A stretch of 64,000 nt of DNA, taken from NCBI GenBank assembly GCA_963713825.1, contig CAVQNG010000003.1:640001-704000 (forward strand), in the 5' to 3' direction. The notes below the pieces were generated by a model, which had not been told where the DNA came from, searched no databases, and saw only the letters and a list, made by a program, of their open reading frames with translations. Positions 29,709 to 39,282 of the stretch are shown here, in pieces (the stretch's first letter is position 1; each line of letters starts with the position of its first letter). Source of the stretch: an uncultured Acidobacteriota bacterium (GTDB lineage: Bacteria; Acidobacteriota; Thermoanaerobaculia; Multivoradales; JAHEKO01). Position numbers and translations under genes: made by a program.

Positions 29709-29743
29709 TCAGTTGTACTTCATTGTTACCAAAATTGTTACCT
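29709..29743 (+). repeat. 35-bp direct repeat, copy 2
   Basis: tcagttgtacttcattgttaccaaaattgttacct. Confidence 0.8.
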
Positions 29744-29844
29744 CTCTGTTATCGGGTGCTGTCGTTGATGGCTGCCTTGAGCCAGTCGAAGCGCCTCTCG
29801 TCTCTCGAGTCCGTGGACGCTCTGTCGGCCGGTGCGCTCGGTTC

Positions 29845-30717
29845 ATGCCACGCCTCTTGGTCCTCACCACTCTCCCCCATCGCCGGCCTAAGAGCCATCA
29901 ATTCGAGCGAGTCAACGGTCGGCACTCCCTTCGTATGTGTGCTCCTCGACTGGTGGGGCTACCCTACGGTTCGTATCCCCGGCTGCTTCTCGTCTACCTG
30001 ACCACTGAAGCGGTTCGTACCAAGAGCCCAGAGATCTATCTCGGCGCTACACCCAACGGTCTGGCTCGCAAGCTCGCTCTGTCGACTATTAGTGGGCCAC
30101 GAGGCACCGCGCAGCGGCTCGCGGATCAGCTCCGCCGGCTCCTATCGACACGATGGGGCTGGCGATCGTATGAGGACACTTGCACCGGGGCCCGAAGTCA
30201 ACGCTTCGTATCCACATCCAATCCGTCCTTGCAAGCACTCGCCTCAAGCCTTCTCTTGCGTCGATCGACTTGGGATCCCAGGGTGGTTCTCGACCGTCAC
30301 TTCTTCAGGGAGATCACCCGTTCCGCGGTCCCCGTGGATCTGCGAGCGATCCGCCGCTTGCGCGGCTCACCCCTGGCAATCGACCTCTACGTGTGGCTTA
30401 CCTACCGGATGAGCTATCTAAGAAAGCCGACGTCGATTCCCTGGGAGAGTCTCGAGGCCCAGTTCGGAGCCGACTATTCCCGCCGGCGAGACTTCCGGCG
30501 CAAGGCCTTGGTGCATCTCGAAGATGTCCTTCGGGTCTACCCCACTGCCCGACTTGGCCAGGTTGATTCCGGACTGCTTCTCCATCCATCTCCTCCGCAC
30601 GTCCCGCCCTCGAAGGGCCCCCTTTCCCTACCATTCACTCATCCGTCTGGGAATTGGGGACTTCTTCCAGGGGAAAGAGAATCCTCCTCGATTGGGATCC
30701 CGGCAATGAACCAATGA
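29845..30717 (+). CDS. repA: Plasmid replication initiator RepA (RepA_C, IncW/pBBR1-like); start uncertain (frame open from 29683), possibly degenerate
   Basis: LPHR, GLPYGSYPRLLLVYLTTEAVRTKS, AVPVDLRAI, SPLAIDLYVWLTYR, IPWESLEAQFG, LRVYP, PSPPHV. Confidence 0.85.
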   Translation: MPRLLVLTTLPHRRPKSHQFERVNGRHSLRMCAPRLVGLPYGSYPRLLLVYLTTEAVRTKSPEIYLGATPNGLARKLALSTISGPRGTAQRLADQLRRLLSTRWGWRSYEDTCTGARSQRFVSTSNPSLQALASSLLLRRSTWDPRVVLDRHFFREITRSAVPVDLRAIRRLRGSPLAIDLYVWLTYRMSYLRKPTSIPWESLEAQFGADYSRRRDFRRKALVHLEDVLRVYPTARLGQVDSGLLLHPSPPHVPPSKGPLSLPFTHPSGNWGLLPGERESSSIGIPAMNQ

Positions 30718-30720
30718 ATC

Positions 30721-30864
30721 TCAAGGCGGATGAGGTTTTGACCAGGGACACCTACAGAGTTGACTCGTTTCCCGCAGCCAGGCGGGCTGGCAAACTCGAC
30801 GGACCCAGACTCCTGGCCTCACCAGCCACCCACTTCAAGGCAGACGGGGTTTTGACGAGGGACA
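30721..30864 (-). repeat. Two 30-bp direct repeats (30721-30750, 30835-30864) reading TGTCCCT.GTCAAAACC on the minus strand; probable transposon ends
   Basis: 26/30 identical; the second copy sits exactly where IS6 transposase similarity stops. Confidence 0.6.
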
Positions 30865-31106
30865 GCTTGAGCTTTCGAGCGTACTGAGCACCAAACTTCC
30901 GAGACCACTGTCGGATGGTCTCGTAGGACACGATGACGCCCCGCTTGGCGAGGAGGTCTTCGACATCTCGGAAGCTCAAACAGAATCGGTAGTAGAGCCA
31001 AACAGCGTGGCTGATGACCTCGGGCGGGAACCGGTATTCGCGGTAGCTCGGTGTTTTGGCGTTCATCGGCGCAGTCTGCCAGGCAACGCCTCAACTTGAC
31101 ACTACC
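30865..31106 (-). mobile_element. Truncated IS6-family element (left IR plus transposase N-terminus)
   Basis: GGTAGTGTCAAGTT end at 31093-31106; YRFPPEVISHAVWLYYRFCLSFRDVEDLLAKRGVIVSYETIRQW. Confidence 0.9.
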
Positions 31107-31261
31107 GTGCAAACCGTCGGACCAGCGGTTTTCCCGCCTCTGGAGGCGCTTTGGGAGACTCGCTGGGGGCGGGCTCGTCCGAGACACGGCGGGGAGTTCG
31201 GTAGTATGGCCTCCAATCCTGGGTCTGGAACTGGAAGAGGGAGCCAAATGGCAAATCTCGG
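31107..31261 (+). mobile_element. Second IS1380-family right-end remnant
   Basis: gagccaaatggcaaatctcgg at 31241-31261, 20/21 identical to the inverted copy at 29169-29189. Confidence 0.5.
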
Positions 31262-31423
31262 ATTAGACGAAGGCTGGTATACCGCGTTTCGAGCCTCAGA
31301 GAGGTCACGTGGGTTCGAATCGCGTTTAGGACACAAATACACACCAAGATTGGGTACACGAAGATGGTGTATCTGAATTTGACTGGTTGAGTGCGCTCGG
31401 CGGAGGCCTCGGAAGGGAGTGCA

Positions 31424-32446
31424 ATGTCGATGAACAAGTCGGAAGAAGAGCCGGTCCCGATCGGCGCGGGACGGGGGGCGCACTACTGGGGTCGCTTCTA
31501 TGCCCTGCTCAGCATCGCGGCGATCGTGGCGACGATCGGACTCCTTTCCAACTCCGGTGCGATCGTCATTGCCGGCATGCTCCTCGCGCCGCTGATGGAG
31601 CCGATCCTCGGGATCTCCTCCACGCTGGTTCAGGGCTATCTCGGACGGGTTGTTCGCCTGCTCGGTGCAACGCTCGTGGCCGCGATCGTCACGGTCGCCT
31701 GGGGCTACGTCATCCTGGTGGTCTTCGACATCCCAAGTGGCGTGGAGATCCCCTCCGAGGTGATGTCGCGTACCAGTCCGGGCCTCCCGGATCTCCTCGT
31801 GGCGCTCGTGGCCGGCATCGCTGGGTCCTACGTACAGATGCGCCGCGAGGAGGCTGGCCTGCTACCGGGCGTCGCCATCGGCGTATCCCTCGTGCCGCCG
31901 CTGGCGGCTTCGGGGATGCTGCTGTACTTCGACCAGCCCGCGCTCGCCGGGGAGGCGGCACTGCTCTTCCTCACCAACCTCGCCGCCATCGTGCTTTCGG
32001 CCTGTGCCGTGTTCTTCGCCCTCGGCCTGCGCCCCGCCCGCAGTGGACGCGGTAAGCCGCTGGCCGTCTGGCTCGGCACCGCCGCGTCCCTCCTGGTCGT
32101 CGTCGTGATTGCCGGGCACCTGACGGACAGGACCCTGCATCACCTCCGCGAAGCCCATGAGGAGCAGCGGATCACGACGGTCGTCAAGGACTGGGCGGGC
32201 AGTCACCCCGTCGAGATTCACAAGATCGACGTGAGAGACGACATCGTCGAGATCCGACTTCTCTTCGGGGTTCCCTGGACCGGGGCGGATGAACTGGTCG
32301 CTCCTGGAGCGCTCGTGTCGAAGTCGCTATCCATTGTGACCCTGAGAGACCGCATCGCCTCGACGTTGGAGCGCAGCGTCACCATCCTGCTCAGTGGCCA
32401 GATTGTCTTCGAGGAATCGATGGAGGCAGTACCTCCGAGGCCGTGA
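31424..32446 (+). CDS. DUF389 (TIGR00341-like) membrane protein
   Basis: IGLLSNSGAIVIAGMLLAPLM, EVMSRTSP, GVAIGVSLVPPL, LFLTNLAAI. Confidence 0.88.
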   Translation: MSMNKSEEEPVPIGAGRGAHYWGRFYALLSIAAIVATIGLLSNSGAIVIAGMLLAPLMEPILGISSTLVQGYLGRVVRLLGATLVAAIVTVAWGYVILVVFDIPSGVEIPSEVMSRTSPGLPDLLVALVAGIAGSYVQMRREEAGLLPGVAIGVSLVPPLAASGMLLYFDQPALAGEAALLFLTNLAAIVLSACAVFFALGLRPARSGRGKPLAVWLGTAASLLVVVVIAGHLTDRTLHHLREAHEEQRITTVVKDWAGSHPVEIHKIDVRDDIVEIRLLFGVPWTGADELVAPGALVSKSLSIVTLRDRIASTLERSVTILLSGQIVFEESMEAVPPRP

Positions 32447-32744
32447 AACTCGAACCCTGTTTCGGCTGCGGGGCCTCAGTGCCCTCGATCGACGGGCCAA
32501 CACATCGCTACATGCTCTCTTCGCCTGGCTGTTGGGCATCTTGATGTGCCGCTGGATGTGGTCCTCCACCCGGTCGCCCCGTTCCGCCCAAGACGCGACC
32601 GAAAACCAGCAAGTGGCGAGTAGCCTGTCTTCAACCTTCGCTTACTACGCAGGTCTTAAGAACTGTCGCCAGTTCCTGGGTTGGGGTTTGCCCTTGGCCA
32701 ACCGGGAATCGTCTGACAAAAATGAACCGACCAAGGAGAACACC

Positions 32745-33053
32745 ATGAAACGTCGAACAATCCATTGCTTACTCGCCGTCCTCACGCTGTCCCTCATGCT
32801 GGTGGGTTCCGCCACCGCAGGCGAAGACAGAATCGCCCGTTCCAGGTCTGCCGCACCAGCCTCCATCAGCGACGACGCGACCGTGATGGAAGGCGACGGC
32901 ATGATTCTCCATGAAGGCAGCAATGGCTGGACATGCAGGCCCGATACGATGCCCAACGACGGCGCCCCGATGTGTAATGACGCAATGTGGACTGAAACCT
33001 GGCAGCCGCCGTTCGGATCTGGATCTCCGATCTGTTCTCTTGGTTGCGGTTAG
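32745..33053 (+). pseudogene. 3'-truncated secreted hypothetical protein
   Basis: AAGGAG RBS and signal peptide; SAAPASISDDATV...GSNGWTC...PMCND motif, after which the coding pattern ends abruptly. Confidence 0.55.
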
Positions 33054-33616
33054 CCCACGTCGGTGACGAATCCGTACGAGCCCACAAGAATCGCAAACAG
33101 AATCCAGGCCACGACAGTCAACACGGCGTGGACTGTTGTGCTGGCTGTTACCGCCAGGGTCACGGTGACGGCCAGAAGAGAAGCAGCCACTCGAGGATCG
33201 GATCAAGTTGGCCGAAAATCACCGGGTAGATCGACATCCCCCACACCACGGCCACCGACATGGTGGCAAAAAAGCTGCGGTGGACTCGGTAGTAGTACTG
33301 TCGTGAGTCGAGATCCGGTCGGAGCCGAGGTCTGGAATCAGGATGTTGGTGGCAGCGGACAGCGCCACTGGTCCGCCAAGAAGAAAGAGATAGGTGAGAT
33401 AGTTCCAGTTTGTGCCAGCCGGAATTCCCGGAAGCTCCACCAGACGTGAAAATAGAGTAACAGCAACAGCGAGAGCCAAGCGCCGTGCAGCCAGTAGGGC
33501 CGTACCTGAGCCCGGTGCTTGACCATCTCACCTACCGCGGTGATCAGACGCACCACGCCCATGCCCAAGAGGACCGCGAACATGACAGCGAGGAATGGAA
33601 ATGCGGACACGGTCAT
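33050..33616 (-). pseudogene. Multi-TM hypothetical membrane protein split by about 3 frameshifts
   Basis: Consecutive frames give FAVLLGMGVVRL...YWLH..W...WW / WNYLTYLFLL..P / YYYRVHRSFF / terminal TM helix. Confidence 0.65.
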
Positions 33617-33639
33617 CGACTACCGATGATAGCTCACCA

Positions 33640-33849
33640 GTGGTGGATGAGCTTATACAACGAGCGCCGACCGCACTCGTCGCTCGACGACCGGACGCCC
33701 GAGGAGGCGTACACTGACGACGGGGCTGCTCGGAGACCGGGGCTTCGCCCCGCCGCCTCGCAGCCCAAAGAGGAAGCAGCCTGAATCATGAACCCGCATC
33801 CCCACCTTAGCTGTCACTGAAAACTGTCCGAAGGATGGGGTCCACCTCT
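33640..33849 (+). mobile_element. IS3-family 3' remnant
   Basis: YNERRPHSSLDDRTPEEAY integrase tail; right end ctgtccgaaggatggggtccacctct. Confidence 0.85.
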
Positions 33850-33976
33850 GTAGTACATCGCCTCGATTTGACCGTTTGCCGAGATGCCCTAGATGGCGAT
33901 GATAAAACAACGTCAAAAATCTTATGCATCACTTCTCTCCGCAATCAAAAAGCAAGATCTCGATTGGTGCATTAAC

Positions 33977-34008
33977 CGAAAAAGGCCGTCCAGAGACGGA
34001 CTTTTTCG
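33977..34008 (-). terminator. Rho-independent terminator (bidirectional type) after the second sulfatase
   Basis: cgaaaaaggccgtc-caga-gacggactttttcg hairpin with A/T tracts on both sides. Confidence 0.7.
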
Positions 34009-34027
34009 TTACTTGCTGTTTGCACTG

Positions 34028-35580
34028 CTAGTGCCTGGTGCCCTTATTCATTTCTTCGATCTGTTGCTGCATCTTCGTCAAATTGAACGAACCTGGTGTC
34101 TGGCTGGGCGGGTAGTCCTTGAAGGTCATGAGGAACTCCCCAACCTTTGCGGCGCTTGGCGCAATGGCAAAAGCGTGATCCAGCCACCAGTCGTAATAGG
34201 TGTTCGAGTTTTCCTGGGCTCTTTCATACGGATCGCGTCGCAGATTGAAAATCAATGGGGCGCGCAACGTACAAATGGTTCCAGCCAGAGAGCCATTGTT
34301 TTAGCACGCATCACCTGGAAGGTAATCTTCCAGTCGTTCCAGCGGGCAGCAACAATCTCGCCGACATCATTTACATAGACGAACTCATGGCGTGGCGACT
34401 CTTTCACCTTGCCCGTCAGGTAATCGAGCTGGTTATAGCCATCAATGAAGTTTTTGTAAGTGCGACCATTGAGCTCTACACCCTTCAAAAGCTTTTCCTT
34501 GATGTCGGGCGCACCGGCGATAGCAGCAAAGGTAGGCAGCCAATCTTCGTGTGAAACAATACCATTGAGGGTTACGCCTGCAGGGAAATGACCGGGCCAA
34601 CATATAAAGGCAGGCACACGGTAAGCACCTTCCCAGTTGGTGTTCTTTTCACTGCGGAATGGCGTGGTGCCTGCATCGGGCCAGGAATTGTAGTGCACGC
34701 CGTTATCGGTGGAATACTGAACAATCGTGTTATCGGCAACACCCAGCTCATCCAGTAACTTGAGGAACTCGCCAACATGCATGTCGTGTTCAACCATGCC
34801 GTCACCGTATTCATTTTGCCCCGAAATACCTATATGTTCTTCCTTTAAGTGGGTGCGAAAGTGCATGCGCGTGCCATTCCACCAAACAAAAAATGGTATG
34901 TCAGCTTTGACCTGCTCTGTAATAAACTTCTTAGCGGCAGCTACCGTTTCATCATCAATGGTTTCCATGCGTTTTATGGTCAGCGGGCCAGTGTCTTCAA
35001 TCTTTTGCCCACCCTTGCCATCAGCCCAAGAATGGATCACCCCGCGCGGGCCAAACTTTTTGCGAAACTCAGGATTTTTCGGATAGTCTCTGTGCTCCGG
35101 CTCTTCTTCGGCATTCAAATGATAGAGATTGCCCATGAATTCGTCGAAGCCGTGCATCGTCGGCAGATGCTCATCGAGATCGCCTAAGTGATTTTTGCCA
35201 AACTGGCCGGTGGCGTAGCCCTGGCTTTTTAGTACCGTGGCCATCGTCATATCCGTTTTCTGCCAACCTTCCTTCGCACCGGGTAAACCGACCTGGTCAT
35301 ACCATTCGGTTAGGGACACTACCACAGAAAAAGCCGCTCTACCTGCCGAGCAACTTCGTGAGCGTAATAGTCAGTGAAACCTATGCCTTCTTTGGCGATA
35401 CGGTCAATGTTGGGCGTCATATAACCATCATGCCGCGATTGTTATAGCTGATATTCTCCATGCCAATGTCATCGCCCCAGATCACCAGGATATTCGGCTT
35501 CTCCTGGGCCATGGCTCCTTGTACGTCAGGGCCAACACCAAAAGGAACAATGCAGCTGCTACGAATTTGCTTTGTCGCAT
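34028..35580 (-). pseudogene. Second arylsulfatase, multiply frameshifted, AT-richer than its surroundings
   Basis: EKPNILVIWGDDIG, TPNIDRIAKEG, SCSAGRAAF (out of frame), GKNHLG, STDNG and FNLRRDPYERA lie in different frames. Confidence 0.85.
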
Positions 35581-35657
35581 CCAACCTCTCCTCTTCTGTC
35601 CATTGACTTGTCTTGATGCAATCGCGTCACACATTTACAGGTGCTTCGTACCACTCC

Positions 35658-36290
35658 TCAACGCTCGCAGGAGATCTCTTCAGCGCTGCGGGTCTCTCGG
35701 ATCTTGAGAATCGCCTGGTCCGCCGCGACGCTCGCCTGCTGAACGGTGTCGACGTCGTCGTCGAGGTCGGTCAGACCGGCGAACAGGGGCTCGTTGGCGG
35801 TCTTCTGGTCCTGCTGGTCGACCGCAACAAGAGCTTCGATCCAATCGCCCCGCGAGAGCGAAGTCCGGGTTCTCCGACGTGGCCCCAGCCTTGGCGAGCA
35901 GCTCCGCACGATCGTGCTGGCAATCGACTAGGGCATCGAGTGCATTGGTGTTGTCCTGGCCGATGGCCGCGATCCACTCTTCCTCGGTCTGCGGCAGATC
36001 GTAGGCCTGACCCTCGGCTTCCTTCTGGCGCAGCTCCTCGAGCTAGCCTTGTTTGCCTTTTTCTTCTTGTTGGAGTCGGAGATGGCGCACCCCACGGCGC
36101 GCGCGGCCGCGCCCACTGCGGCACCGACCACCGCTCCGCCAAGGTCACCCCCCACCAACAGACCGAGAATCGCCCCGCCGGCTGCCCCTCGGCCGGCCCA
36201 GCGGCCGGTGCCACTTTTGGCGGGACGTCTGGGTGTGCTCGCCAGGGCGACCATGAGGGCAAGACTCGTCAGTTTCTTAGCTCGGTTCAT
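35658..36290 (-). pseudogene. Glycine-zipper (lipo)protein, frameshifted
   Basis: GRGAAGGAILGLLVGGDLGGAVVGAAVGA zipper; 3' half duplicated at 27935-28281. Confidence 0.65.
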
Positions 36291-36383
36291 ACGGAGATCC
36301 TTCCCATGAATGACTCTTTGTGTAACGAGCGAATGGTCCCGTGAGACAACGACCTCGTACGGGGGCTGCATCCTATCAGAGGT

Positions 36384-36423
36384 GCTTGATGTCGTGATGT
36401 TATAGAGCTTGATGCTATGATGT
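36384..36423 (+). promoter_or_regulatory. TA-operon promoter/operator: two GCTTGATG...TGATGT direct repeats, extended -10 (TGcTATGAT), leaderless start
   Basis: Repeats at 36384-36400 and 36407-36423; TATGAT ends 6 nt before the ATG at 36428; no SD. Confidence 0.6.
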
Positions 36424-36427
36424 CACC

Positions 36428-36693
36428 ATGAGAACAACGGTGCGAATCGAAGACGATCTGCTTCTCGAGCTCAAAGACAAAGCCGCCCAAGAGAGATCCT
36501 CTCTTGCCAGGGTCTTCAACCAGGCCCTGCGAGCCGGGCTGCGAGCTGAGCAGAAGACCAAGAAACCCCGCCCTGGTTACCACGGAAGACTCATTCGTTG
36601 GGTGTCCCCCGAGTCGACCTCACCAAGGCACTGTCTCTTTCCACGCAACTGGAAGACGACGAAGCTCTTCGCAAGGTGCAGCTGCGCAAATGA
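36428..36693 (+). CDS. vapB: RHH/CopG-type antitoxin (VapB-like), one frameshift
   Basis: MRTTVRIEDDLL..LK..A...SL.RVFNQALRAGL; second frame gives VDLTKALSLSTQLEDDE, ending in an ATGA overlap. Confidence 0.75.
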
Positions 36694-37116
36694 AGCTGCT
36701 CGACCTCAACGTCCTTCTCTACGTCGTCAACGAAGATGCGGTTCACCACCAGGTGTCTCTGACTGGTGAAGAGACTCTGCAGGGAGATGAGCCCGTGGGC
36801 CTCGCATGGGTGGTTCTGCTCGGCTTTCTTCGACTGAGTACGAACCCGGCTATCTTTCCTTCTCCTCTAGATTCCGAAACCGCGCTTGCCAAGGTCGGAA
36901 CCTGGTTGTCTCTCGACCAGGCTCGCCTTGTCCGGGAGAGCGACGACCACTGGCATATCCTCTGTGGCCTTCTTGCCGAAACTGGCAGCGCCGGAAACCT
37001 GACAACGGATGGGCACCTGGCCGCTCTGGCCATCAGTCATGGTGCGACCCTCGTCTCCTTCGACAACGACTTCGCGCCGCTTCCCAGGTCTGCGTTGGGA
37101 GAGCCCTTCCAGCTAG
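36690..37116 (+). CDS. vapC: PIN-domain toxin VapC, frameshift near the C-terminus
   Basis: LLDLNVLLY, GFLRLSTNP, GNLTTDGHLAALAISHG, SFDNDF followed by RFPGLRW in the next frame. Confidence 0.85.
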
Positions 37117-37152
37117 ATACCGACTCAACTCGCCAGCGACGCTCCAGCCTTA

Positions 37153-37540
37153 CTACGGCGTGTACCAGATCGGACTCGTATCGGCCCGATCCTGGTGGCT
37201 CAGCGGACATCGTCGGGCATCGTGATGCCGAAGAACTGCGCATCGAAGGCCTGCCAGGTCGGGTCGGGATCTCGAGCACGCAAGAGTAGTAGAAGGCACT
37301 GTGCTTCGGATTGAAGTCAGGGTCCTTCCAGACCGTGATGAGCGCGGGTCGCCGATGGTGTTGGTCCAGGTAGCGTTCTCGATGTCGACCGTGTTGCCCA
37401 CCAGTGGCAGGTTGCCTTGTGCGTCGAGTGAGCGCCGATCGGCATCGCCCCAAGCGACGTTGTAGACCTTCTCCTGGGTCTTGCCACTCCTGTCCACCCA
37501 CCCCTTAACGATCTGGATCCGATCGAGATTAGCACTGGTG
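37153..37540 (-). pseudogene. C-terminal fragment of a DUF3604 protein
   Basis: ANLDRIQIVKGW, VGNTVD...WTNTIG, WKDPDFNP..AFYY, VLEIPT, TSPIWYTP across several frames. Confidence 0.8.
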
Positions 37541-37555
37541 GGATGCTTACACCCT

Positions 37556-38374
37556 CTAGCGGGTCCCTCCCGGAATCCGCACCGGAAACGTGAACCCGAT
37601 CCGCGCGACCCAGTCAGGAGCCCCGTCGGGCTTGACTACGTTGGCGTAGGCCTGCAAGGACACATTCATCCTCGCTGGATCGAACTCGAAGCTCCTGCCG
37701 ATGCCACCGCCCAGCGGCACGAGCCATCTCTGCCCCGAGGCGGCGTTCCAGTTCGCCGTGATGATGGGTGCGGAGACGAAGAACCATTTCCCGCCGAGGG
37801 TACGTCGGACCAGCCCTCGCGCCAGCAGCTGATGAATGTCCGCCCGGTCGGAATCGCCGGCGAACGACCATCGATTGGCGGCGAGTACCCCGAACCGCCA
37901 GGCGCCGACCTGGTGGCCGAGGCGCACCGCCGGCCCCGCCTGCCACTTGCCGCTGCCCAGACGATCGTCGGTCGCGATGGGAATACCGACGGCCACCCCC
38001 ACACCCCACATCGAACCCTCGGATGTCGTTCGCGTGTAGAAGACGGCGTCGGTGAGATCACCGAGGCCGAAGACCTTGGGTCCGGGAATCGGTTCCGGGT
38101 TGCCGGGAACACCGGGTATTCCTCCCGGCGCATCCGCGATCGTCACCATCGCGACGTTGACCAACTTCCAATCTTCGCGGACAACAATGGAGTTGACGGG
38201 AATCACTCGTCCGATGATGGCGTCGCCGTTGTCGGCTCCGAAGTCGGATTCGATCTCGAACGGCAGCAAAAAGACGCGTCCCACGGCCTCCTGCGCCACC
38301 ACCGCAGCCGCCCACATCCCAACGACTGCCATCACCAGGAGGACTCTCGTCGAGCTCTTTCGTGCCAAGATCAT
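37556..38374 (-). CDS. Putative outer-membrane beta-barrel ('neuromedin U'/MetA-pathway-like)
   Basis: Signal peptide; FGLGD, PIATDDRLGSGKWQAGP, PIITANW, WLVPLGGGIG; alternating C-terminal strand. Confidence 0.7.
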   Translation of the reverse strand: MILARKSSTRVLLVMAVVGMWAAAVVAQEAVGRVFLLPFEIESDFGADNGDAIIGRVIPVNSIVVREDWKLVNVAMVTIADAPGGIPGVPGNPEPIPGPKVFGLGDLTDAVFYTRTTSEGSMWGVGVAVGIPIATDDRLGSGKWQAGPAVRLGHQVGAWRFGVLAANRWSFAGDSDRADIHQLLARGLVRRTLGGKWFFVSAPIITANWNAASGQRWLVPLGGGIGRSFEFDPARMNVSLQAYANVVKPDGAPDWVARIGFTFPVRIPGGTR

Positions 38375-38418
38375 TTTCCTCGAATACCCTCAGCTCCTCG
38401 ACTGCGATTCGATACGTC

Positions 38419-39282
38419 TTACTCTGTCACCCACTCGTGAGCGTCGTGGAATCTGAACTCGACGAGGAATCGTAGATCATTGACAGTACCTTCGGCGGGC
38501 CGCACGAGATTGTGAAAAAACTGCAAACCAAGGTTCATCTGTGCCCAGCCGAGCTCGAAGTGTCGCTGTACGCCACCGCCCACAGGGAGATACAACTTAT
38601 CACCCGACGGTTTGTTCCAGTACACCTGGATGCCGTAGGGAACGTGCGTCAGGTCCCAGTGCTCGCTCACCGAATAGAAGGCAAACGGCTTGATCATGAG
38701 CATGTTGACGCTTTTGCGATCCTCATCGCCGGCAACCGACCAGACCTGGAGCGCGATGGCGCCGGCGAACCAGCGGCCGCTCTCGTACTCGTAATCGAAG
38801 CTGGGTCCGAGTGACCACTTGCCGCTGCCGAGGGTATCGTCCGAGGCGGTCGGGAACTGAGCCGCCACCCCAGGCGCGAAATGGTGTTTTCCGTGGTGTT
38901 CACTCTTCTTCGAAAACCAGAACGCGGTGAGCAAGTCGGTGATGCCATCGGCGGCCGCGGTGCCCGCATCCGGATTACCCGCCGGTTGACCCGGTATGCC
39001 GCGGCCGTACTCCGCCACCTCGAAGTACGAGATGTTCTTGATCTCGAGGCTCTTCAGGCTGAGCTTGCTCTCGAACTCCATTCCCAGCGTGGTCGCGTCG
39101 TCGCTCTCGTCCTGCAGGAAGCTGCGAAAGATCCAGTTGGCGTAGCGGTTGAGTCGGAGTCCCCTCGCGTCGGTGTCTACTGCCTCGCCATGCTCCTCCT
39201 GCGCTAGAAGAGGTTTCTCGGCGCCGACGATCAGCAGGACGACAGCGATGGCGATGAGCACGACAAGGCTTCTCGAGTTCAT
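38419..39282 (-). CDS. Paralogous putative outer-membrane beta-barrel
   Basis: Signal peptide; GITD, FPTASDDTLGSGKWSLGP, LPVGGGV, LRFLVEFRF. Confidence 0.7.
   Translation of the reverse strand: MNSRSLVVLIAIAVVLLIVGAEKPLLAQEEHGEAVDTDARGLRLNRYANWIFRSFLQDESDDATTLGMEFESKLSLKSLEIKNISYFEVAEYGRGIPGQPAGNPDAGTAAADGITDLLTAFWFSKKSEHHGKHHFAPGVAAQFPTASDDTLGSGKWSLGPSFDYEYESGRWFAGAIALQVWSVAGDEDRKSVNMLMIKPFAFYSVSEHWDLTHVPYGIQVYWNKPSGDKLYLPVGGGVQRHFELGWAQMNLGLQFFHNLVRPAEGTVNDLRFLVEFRFHDAHEWVTE

Noticed and set aside
29443-29743. CRISPR array from the 35-bp repeats
   Set aside because: Only two copies 266 bp apart, and no cas genes in the window.
27935-36005. DGR template/variable repeat pair
   Set aside because: Differences are not confined to adenines and include indels; no reverse transcriptase in the window.
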